DNA of 64,000 nucleotides from Candidatus Thorarchaeota archaeon (GTDB lineage Archaea; Asgardarchaeota; Thorarchaeia; Thorarchaeales; Thorarchaeaceae): NCBI GenBank assembly GCA_029855935.1, contig JAGSHN010000016.1, positions 96,001 to 160,000 of the forward strand, read 5' to 3'. Shown piece by piece: positions 57,307 to 64,000 of this stretch (position 1 is its first letter; each line of letters starts with the position of its first letter). The notes under the pieces were generated by a model. It saw only the letters and a program-made list of their open reading frames with translations, ran no database searches and was not told where the DNA came from. The position numbers and the translations under genes were made by a program.

Positions 57307-59631
57307 ATGTCCAACGAGTTCTCAACCGAAAGACCGGAGCCCTCAGACAAGGAGAAGATACAGGCGACTATCTATACGATGCACCTGCTCGAATTGAACC
57401 AGCGTGCTCAGCGGGCGCTTCGTGACTTTGCCCTCCAAGACTTTGATGACAAGGAGGAGCTCGAGAGGAAACGCATTGCAATGCATGACGCCTTCACGGA
57501 GCTCTACGACCAGCTCGCCACGTTTAACGAGCAGGTGATGGGCGTTGATTTCGACATAGCCTACCTGCGGGAGAGGATCGCGCATGCAGAGGGTGAAACC
57601 AAGGAGTCGCTGGAAAAGGCGCTGTCTGAGCTGGAGGATGAACTCCAACGCAATCTGGCAGAGATCTGGATGGCACGTGTCCTTGCATGGTTGCATCAGG
57701 CCGCCGCGGCCTCGGGCCCATTCACTGATGAGGACGACGAGGAGCGGGAGAAACGTGCATTGCAGCATCTGGCCACCGTCTATACAATGCTGGAGAAGTC
57801 TTTCACGGCGGCCCCCGGTAAGGCCGATGGCACAGAGAAGCTGAGACGAGTCGCTCTTGGTCAGATGGTGATAAAGCTGCTGAGCGAGAGTCTTGAGGCC
57901 GACAAGTCCCGGCTGGCCGAGATAGAGGGCAAGAACAAGGCAGCCGAGGCCGAGTTCTATGACGAGTTTCTGAACGAGCTGATCACTCACGAGAGCATGT
58001 TCAGACAGGCCTTCAATCCCTTTGATGAACTCATCTGGCGCGATATCCTGTTCACGCACATCTACGAACGCGCCACTGATCTCTACAACGAGGCAATCCC
58101 GAAGCTGGAGTCGAGCGGACGCGTCCAGAAGGAGGATGTCGACAAGATCAGGGCGTGGAAGGCCAACACGGCTGGTCTATCCGAGGTCTACCTCGGAATG
58201 ATGTACAACGATATCGCCAATGCTCAGATGCGTGCAGGCAATCTTGAGGACGCCTCGAAGCTGTACCAGTCTGCGTCCGACGCCTTTGCACGTGCAGAGA
58301 AGTGCTTCTCGGATGTCGTGGCTCTGGCTGGCAATGCCCGTCAGGCACGGTCTGACAAGGAGCACAACAAGGCACAGTCGTTGTTCTGTCGTGCAGAGTC
58401 CGCGGTGGAGACTTTCATTCAGCTGCTGAGGGTCGACAACAGGGAGGAGGCAAAGGCTGTCTTGGAGGGTATCTTCAAGGACCTGCGTCAGGCAGAGAAG
58501 CTCTCCAAGACAAGGGAGCTGACAGGCGCGATACGCGAGAATCTCAGAATCTTCTCCTTTGTGGAGGACAAGATTGACCGCGAGGACGTACCCTCATCCT
58601 CAATCCTCGATCAGATCGACATGGCGAAGGGGATTCGCCGCGAGGGCCTGATTCAGGACATCAACAAGTCGTTGGACATCGCAGTCAAGGCGATGCAGAG
58701 CGAGCCAGCCGATGCTCTTGAGGCACTGCGAGAGGGCCTCACCAGTCTTGGGATACTGTTGAGTCTGGAAACCGAGGACGACGAGGTGAGGAGGCTTCGT
58801 CACAGGACACTGGCCATAATGGCCCATCTTCGGTACGTTGTTCAGTTTCAGATGAGTGCGCAGCTTGGCTCGGGAGTCAAGTTCCTCGTGTCGCGTATTC
58901 TCGAGCGTCTGCATGCTGAGGAGGCTGCAGAGCACTATCGTTCCATCGGGATGGATGACACAGCGACAGAGCTCGTGGACATGGGTCGGCTGGCCCTTGC
59001 AACGGCCTGTGCGTCGGAGGCGCAGATCTTTGCAAAGCAGTCGGACCAGTGGGCATTCCGTGCGCAGATGGAACGCATCGGTACCTTCCGTCGCATGGCG
59101 GACGAGATACAGCTCGATGTGGACGAGGACGTGCAGGAGACACTTGCGGCCCACGACAACACAATCGAGAGGCTGAGGCAGGCAGTGGCAGCCTTCGAGG
59201 CTGCTGCAGACGAGCTCGGCCGTGTCGCAGACCAGACCATCCGTGCCAACAACAAGGTGGAACTGCAGGTCCGTCAGCTGCAGGGTGTGGTGATGAAGTT
59301 CAAGGGCGACCTGAAGCGGCTGGAGGCGGCGAAGGCCAACTTCCTCGCCGAGTACGCCTCTAAGAAGGGTGACAAGTCGAAGGCGCGTTCCCTCTTCTCC
59401 GAGGCGAGTGATCAGCTGCGTGAGGCTGTCGGTGCCTACACCACCGCAGCACGAGTGTTCCAGGAGGTCGGCAACCTGCAGGCTGCTCAGTCGGTTGACA
59501 AGAGGGCCAAGACGACCGATCTTCTCGCACGCAGTACGTGGGACAACAAGCAGCGCCTCAGCAGGGATGAGGACCCGAACTACTTTGGCGATCCTGAACT
59601 CAGCGCTCTGTATCTCGGGTCTGTTGAGTAG
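57307..59631 (+). CDS. Large all-alpha TPR/SNAP-like protein
   Basis: Helical repeats such as GNLEDASKLYQSASDAFARA and AVGAYTTAARVFQEVGN. Confidence 0.65.
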   Translation: MSNEFSTERPEPSDKEKIQATIYTMHLLELNQRAQRALRDFALQDFDDKEELERKRIAMHDAFTELYDQLATFNEQVMGVDFDIAYLRERIAHAEGETKESLEKALSELEDELQRNLAEIWMARVLAWLHQAAAASGPFTDEDDEEREKRALQHLATVYTMLEKSFTAAPGKADGTEKLRRVALGQMVIKLLSESLEADKSRLAEIEGKNKAAEAEFYDEFLNELITHESMFRQAFNPFDELIWRDILFTHIYERATDLYNEAIPKLESSGRVQKEDVDKIRAWKANTAGLSEVYLGMMYNDIANAQMRAGNLEDASKLYQSASDAFARAEKCFSDVVALAGNARQARSDKEHNKAQSLFCRAESAVETFIQLLRVDNREEAKAVLEGIFKDLRQAEKLSKTRELTGAIRENLRIFSFVEDKIDREDVPSSSILDQIDMAKGIRREGLIQDINKSLDIAVKAMQSEPADALEALREGLTSLGILLSLETEDDEVRRLRHRTLAIMAHLRYVVQFQMSAQLGSGVKFLVSRILERLHAEEAAEHYRSIGMDDTATELVDMGRLALATACASEAQIFAKQSDQWAFRAQMERIGTFRRMADEIQLDVDEDVQETLAAHDNTIERLRQAVAAFEAAADELGRVADQTIRANNKVELQVRQLQGVVMKFKGDLKRLEAAKANFLAEYASKKGDKSKARSLFSEASDQLREAVGAYTTAARVFQEVGNLQAAQSVDKRAKTTDLLARSTWDNKQRLSRDEDPNYFGDPELSALYLGSVE

Positions 59632-59661
59632 TGTCCCGTCAGTCTGGTCGCGCTGGCGCCT

Positions 59662-61869
59662 CTATGTGGAGGCCGTCGTGGCCGCGGCAACGGGGGCGGC
59701 CGCTTCGGGCGTTGCCCCGCCAGTGCCGGCGATTGGACTCGTGAACCTACGTGTGACGGTATAGGGTCGGAAGGGGATGCCCCCAGCGTGATAGAACTTT
59801 GAGAACCACTCCACAAAGTGCAGACGGAGTGTGTGCATAAACGCGGCCAGTCCCTCAAGAATACCGACAACAAACGTACCTATGATGGCGCCACCCAGGG
59901 GCAGGAACGGCTGGACAAGCTCGCCGTGATGCCACACCTGAGCCGGGACTATCTCGACCCCAAAGAGTGACACATGCGGGAAGGGTATCTCGATGATTGC
60001 TGGGACCATCTGCATGAACAGGCCACTCAGGATGAGGTGGACGATGTTGAGTGCGAAGATTCGCGCATAGCTCACAGTGTGGCTGATCATACCAATCGAG
60101 TACTCGAGATACTCCACAACACCATCCATCTTGCCCATAAAGGAGGCCACAGTCATTATTACCAGTGGAACAAAGAGGAACAGAATAGTGAAGTTGAGGG
60201 CGCTGATGGGGAGAACTGGGTAGACACCATTGTCACCTGAGCCGTGACCGATACCGACGAGTGGAATCCAGAGTGCGACCCTTCGATTGGGGTCAAACCA
60301 CGGGTTGATACTGGTGGTGCTCACTCCAAAGAGAAGATTGACAAAGCCGAGGTACATCCAGACGTAGGCCAGTGCGACAACAGCCCCTCTTATCTCCCTG
60401 TGCTTCAGTCTGTTGTAGAGGTTGAGGAGGATCCCCATCGTCATCTGTACAATGCCCACCTCAATGGCGAGCTTGAGGAGATGAACGGTCCGATACGGGT
60501 TGGTTGACCCATCCTCGAGAGTGTGAGAGAATACTGGCCATATCGGTTCTATGACAGTTTCTGCTCCAAAGAAGCTACCAAACAGAAGGCCCCCTATCAT
60601 AGAGAAAATGCCCATCATAATGAGGCCCGATGCGCCCGTCTGGAGATATCCAAGAACGCCGCCCCAGTCCACGCCCTTCCGCTTCGAGTTCCAGGCAATG
60701 ATTCCTATGAGCATCACGATGAAGCCCTGTCCCACATCCGCAAATATGAGGCCGAAGATGAGCGGAAAGGTGAGCCACATTATCTTGGTCGGGTCGATGT
60801 CGTGTCTTGAGGGAACACCATAGGCCGCGACCACCTCTTCGGTCGGCCTCATAAACGAGGGATTGTCAAGGTACGTCGGTGCGTCGTACTCGGAGAAATC
60901 GGGATGTTGAATTGTCAGCTCGAACGCATCTCCGACGCGTCGCCTCAGTATCTCTCGTAGTTTCTCAGCCTTCGCCTCCGGAATCCAGCCCCAGACCTTC
61001 AGTGCCTGCCTTGTGAAGACCACATAGTTCTTGATATTGATCCTGCGTTCCTCAATCTCCATCTGCTCCCAAGCAGCAAGAATCCTTGGGCCCCACTCCT
61101 TCGCTATCAGGCTCTTGCGCCGTTCGAGGAGGTCAATCTTCTTCTCTAGCTCCTCTATCTTCTCTGTAGCCTGTGCTATTATCCTATCAGGCTTTCCCTC
61201 TGTCCCCTCGGGTACGACAAACGGGTCAAAGCCGAGGGCCGTGAAGATTCTCTCTACGGCATTCTTGGTCTCGATGGGAACTGTCACCACAGCGACAGCA
61301 CGCCTCTTGCTCACGGCCACCGAGCGCATTGCGAAGGAGCCGTCGGTGACCTCACGGATGGTCCATTCCAGCTTCGACACGCTGTCTCTCGCGATTGTAC
61401 CCGCCTGAGTGAATGTGTGCTCGCTCTCTCCGAGGCGTTCGACGCTTATACTCAGGGGCTCGAGTGACACCGCCACATCGAGTATGTTCCTCTGTGCCTG
61501 GAGGTCCATTCGTGCGACAGCGAGTTCGTGGTCGATGTCCTGTACCTCTCCCTCGACAGCCTTCAGCACATCATTTGTCATCTTGAGGCAGTTTGTCAGG
61601 TCGGACTCATCAAACTCAATCCTGTGTCCAGTCCCGCGTCCTGTGTCGAGGCCAAGTGCGGACACCACATTTGAGATCCGCTGGTGAAGCGCTACTACCG
61701 CCTCCTCGTCGCTGCTCTTCTTCACCTCGAGGACCCCGACCTGATGCCTGAGGTCTATGAACTCGAACAGCCCGAACTCTTCAATTGACAGCAGTACCTC
61801 GCGTTCAAGATCCTTATGGGCGACTATGCGGGCGACAGCCATTGGTGCCGGAGAGATAGAGAGGGCCAT
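59662..61869 (-). CDS. atpI: A/V-type ATP synthase subunit I (a)
   Basis: PTYLDN, YGVP..DIDPT, FGLIFADVGQG, VSYARIFAL, LRLHFVEWFSKFY. Confidence 0.93.
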   Translation of the reverse strand: MALSISPAPMAVARIVAHKDLEREVLLSIEEFGLFEFIDLRHQVGVLEVKKSSDEEAVVALHQRISNVVSALGLDTGRGTGHRIEFDESDLTNCLKMTNDVLKAVEGEVQDIDHELAVARMDLQAQRNILDVAVSLEPLSISVERLGESEHTFTQAGTIARDSVSKLEWTIREVTDGSFAMRSVAVSKRRAVAVVTVPIETKNAVERIFTALGFDPFVVPEGTEGKPDRIIAQATEKIEELEKKIDLLERRKSLIAKEWGPRILAAWEQMEIEERRINIKNYVVFTRQALKVWGWIPEAKAEKLREILRRRVGDAFELTIQHPDFSEYDAPTYLDNPSFMRPTEEVVAAYGVPSRHDIDPTKIMWLTFPLIFGLIFADVGQGFIVMLIGIIAWNSKRKGVDWGGVLGYLQTGASGLIMMGIFSMIGGLLFGSFFGAETVIEPIWPVFSHTLEDGSTNPYRTVHLLKLAIEVGIVQMTMGILLNLYNRLKHREIRGAVVALAYVWMYLGFVNLLFGVSTTSINPWFDPNRRVALWIPLVGIGHGSGDNGVYPVLPISALNFTILFLFVPLVIMTVASFMGKMDGVVEYLEYSIGMISHTVSYARIFALNIVHLILSGLFMQMVPAIIEIPFPHVSLFGVEIVPAQVWHHGELVQPFLPLGGAIIGTFVVGILEGLAAFMHTLRLHFVEWFSKFYHAGGIPFRPYTVTRRFTSPIAGTGGATPEAAAPVAAATTAST

Positions 61870-62110
61870 TCGTGCGTATCACCTTGCCAGAAGCGTATGT
61901 CCTGTACATGTGCTGAGTGTATGTGAGTCAGCGAGCCAAGCTCCCTGCGTACCTGAGTCGTCTTGAGCCTCTGGACACTACTGATAAAGATTATGACATG
62001 GACTGTTCAGACTCCTCTCGCGTGTAGGGACTACATACAGTGACCCCAGCCGAATCTTTATCAAGGATGCATCTGGGCTGAGCAGGTCATTGTTGCAGAG
62101 GATGCGGGCT

Positions 62111-62440
62111 ATGGAGACGACTGACGACGCACTTGACAGGATTGGCGCCGCAGAAGATGAGGCCCAGAAGCGGATAGAGGCCGCCGAGCAGCAGGCCAGA
62201 GAGATTCGCGAAAAGACGAGGGCTGAGGTCAAGGCAATCCTGGAGCACGCCGAGACCGAGGGGAAGCAGAGGGCCTCCAAGATACGTGCGGAGGTCGAGA
62301 AGGCCTCGAAGGCTGCTGTGGCCAAGATTGAACGTCAGACTGAGGAGCAGGTTCAGCAGCTCCGTGAGAACGCTGAGAAGAAGATGGATGATGTCATCGA
62401 GATGGCGATGAGGATTATTCTGGGGGATGAGTCGCAGTGA
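62111..62440 (+). CDS. A/V-type ATP synthase peripheral stalk subunit H/G
   Basis: AEDEAQKRIEAAEQQAREI charged helix; overlaps subunit E gene. Confidence 0.75.
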   Translation: METTDDALDRIGAAEDEAQKRIEAAEQQAREIREKTRAEVKAILEHAETEGKQRASKIRAEVEKASKAAVAKIERQTEEQVQQLRENAEKKMDDVIEMAMRIILGDESQ

Positions 62441-63054
62441 GTGGAGTCGACGGCATCATCGAGATGATCAACAGGAAGACCGAGCAGCGTGTCAACGAGA
62501 TACTTCAGAAGGCGAAGGACACAAGGGCCAAGAAGATAGAGCAGGCCAAGGCTGACGCACAGCGCAGGGTTGAGGAGATCGAGGCAGCAGCGCGTCGCGA
62601 GGCGCAGAACGAGGCGCGGCGCAGGGAGGCGGGGGCCAGACTGCGGGCGAAACGCAGAATCCTCGAGGCGAAGAACGAGATGATCCAGAGTGTGATGGAG
62701 AGCCTAGAGGAGCGGCTGGTGACTCTTCCCGAGTCTGATCGTTATGAGGATATCCTGCTTCGATTCATTGTGGAGGGCGCGGAGGCACTTGGTCTTGACG
62801 AGCTCGAGCTTGTCATTCCCGAGGGTCATCAGAAGTACGTCAACCTGCAAGCAGCGGCAAAGGCCATCAAGAAGGCCACAGGACGCTCCGTCCGCCTCAC
62901 AGTGAGCGATGAGTCGGTACGTTCGAAGGGCGGAGTGATCATCAGGTCCAAGGACGGCAGGAAATGGGTCGACAACACATTCGAGGCCCGACTGGAACGA
63001 ATGGGTCCCGCAATCCGAGATGCGGTGGCGATGAGGCTCTTTGGTCCATCGTGA
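62437..63054 (+). CDS. atpE: A/V-type ATP synthase subunit E
   Basis: N-terminal coiled coil; GGVIIRSKDG...VDNTFEARL. Confidence 0.9.
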   Translation: MSGVDGIIEMINRKTEQRVNEILQKAKDTRAKKIEQAKADAQRRVEEIEAAARREAQNEARRREAGARLRAKRRILEAKNEMIQSVMESLEERLVTLPESDRYEDILLRFIVEGAEALGLDELELVIPEGHQKYVNLQAAAKAIKKATGRSVRLTVSDESVRSKGGVIIRSKDGRKWVDNTFEARLERMGPAIRDAVAMRLFGPS

Positions 63055-63094
63055 CTCACGACAAGCAAGGGCGGCCCCTCCCTGTTCGTGAGTC
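63053..63094. terminator. Hairpin after the subunit E gene, between convergent genes
   Basis: GACTCACGA...AGGG-CGGC-CCCT...TCGTGAGTC. Confidence 0.45.
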
Positions 63095-63386
63095 CTGAGC
63101 AGAGGTCTCGCTGGGAGAAGGAAACTGGCGGGTGGTCTGTCCTCTTAGTGGCTACCTGCCGGAGAAACAGCACTATCTAGAGTACTAGAACTTCACTCAA
63201 CCGAAACAGGAGATGGTAGTGGAGGAACCCCCGCCGCCTCTGCAGATAGGCAGTCGATTGTTACAAGTCTGCCCCTGTATCGCCCATCAAGGGGAGTGAC
63301 GGACACGCCCCAGGGCCAATGTCACGTCGGATGTTTCTCCCTATTGGACTCAGGTGGTTCATCAGGACGCGATTCACGACACCATC

Positions 63387-63779
63387 TCAATGCGCTATGA
63401 TTACCTGCAGGTAGCCGAGAAGCATGTACGCGATGACGAAGCCGTAGATTGCAACGACCTCGATGAACACGACGTAGAGAATGCTCTTACCGAAGGTCTC
63501 GGGCTTCTCGGTGATGGCACCTAGCGCCGCAGCAGACGCTGTTCCCATACCGAGCCCAGCGCCGATACCAGCGAGTCCGACGGCCAGTCCTGCAGCGATG
63601 GCAATACCGCTTATCGCCGTCCCGGAGCTGTCTGTGGTGGTTTCTTGGAGCGGCATCACGCCGCTGCTCGCGACTGGGCTTGCGTAGACTGGGATGAGGA
63701 TGAGTGCCATTGCAAGGGCAAACACTAGATACAATCCCGCAAACATCAACAGGCTTCTGAGTCGTTCTGTCATCTCCAT
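63387..63779 (-). CDS. atpK: A/V-type ATP synthase subunit K (c, proteolipid)
   Basis: GLAGIGAGLGMG, EKPE, FIEVVAIYG. Confidence 0.92.
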   Translation of the reverse strand: MEMTERLRSLLMFAGLYLVFALAMALILIPVYASPVASSGVMPLQETTTDSSGTAISGIAIAAGLAVGLAGIGAGLGMGTASAAALGAITEKPETFGKSILYVVFIEVVAIYGFVIAYMLLGYLQVIIAH

Positions 63780-63793
63780 TCGTTCTTACCTCC

Positions 63794-64000
63794 TCAAAAC
63801 ATAGTTATCATTCGTCTTATTGTCTTCGGGGGCTCCCCTCTCTCTATTCCCACGGCGATAGACCGGATGTTGCGAATCTCGTAGTACTTCAGGCCGAAGA
63901 ACCCGAAGATTGTGCCCAGCTGGAATGGATATCCGACCATCTGGATTCTGGTGCGCTGAGCCAGGTAGTCCTCCACGGCAATCTCCACATCGGCGAGGTT
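63794..64000 (-). CDS. atpC: A/V-type ATP synthase subunit C (d), C-terminal part
   Basis: YPFQLGTIFGFFGLKYYEIRNIRSIAVG; 5' end lies beyond the window. Confidence 0.85.
   Translation of the reverse strand, partial: NLADVEIAVEDYLAQRTRIQMVGYPFQLGTIFGFFGLKYYEIRNIRSIAVGIERGEPPKTIRRMITMF

Noticed and set aside
1-64000. CRISPR arrays, tRNA/rRNA genes, integrases or proviral genes
   Set aside because: No spaced repeat arrays, T-loop consensus or recombinase motifs seen by eye; a tRNAscan/Infernal run would be needed to exclude them formally.

Overview
Archaeal chromosomal window, very likely an Asgard archaeon of Thorarchaeota type. This is inferred from gene content: a Rab-like GTPase, four roadblock proteins, V4R, longin-like and gelsolin-domain proteins, prenyltransferase-repeat protein, archaeal TATA boxes, TrmI, A/V-type ATPase and tungsten AOR. 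Housekeeping and metabolic genes: galK/galT, porGDAB, SCP2-ADH-AOR, pepD, ABC exporter, FTCD/folD/fhs, glmM, pyrF, trmI, ATPase subunits I/H/E/K/C. Candidates worth follow-up: (1) an accessory island (~8.2-12.1 kb) with an IS5 remnant, a diverged direct repeat, and a secreted caspase-fold (His-Gly...Ala-Cys) protein with a hydrophobic C-terminal domain followed by a 4-TM gene, resembling a self-processing toxin/immunity pair; (2) a 138-aa coiled-coil/Pro-rich protein ending in an Ena/VASP F-actin-binding-like motif; (3) a V4R + MglA-like GTPase + four-roadblock operon; (4) a complete bacillithiol bshB/bshA/bshC cluster; (5) a TrmB split by a ~850-aa helical insert; (6) a Rab-like GTPase translationally coupled to an unknown gene. 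No rRNA, tRNA or CRISPR array was recognised. All family calls come from motif recognition by eye, not database searches.
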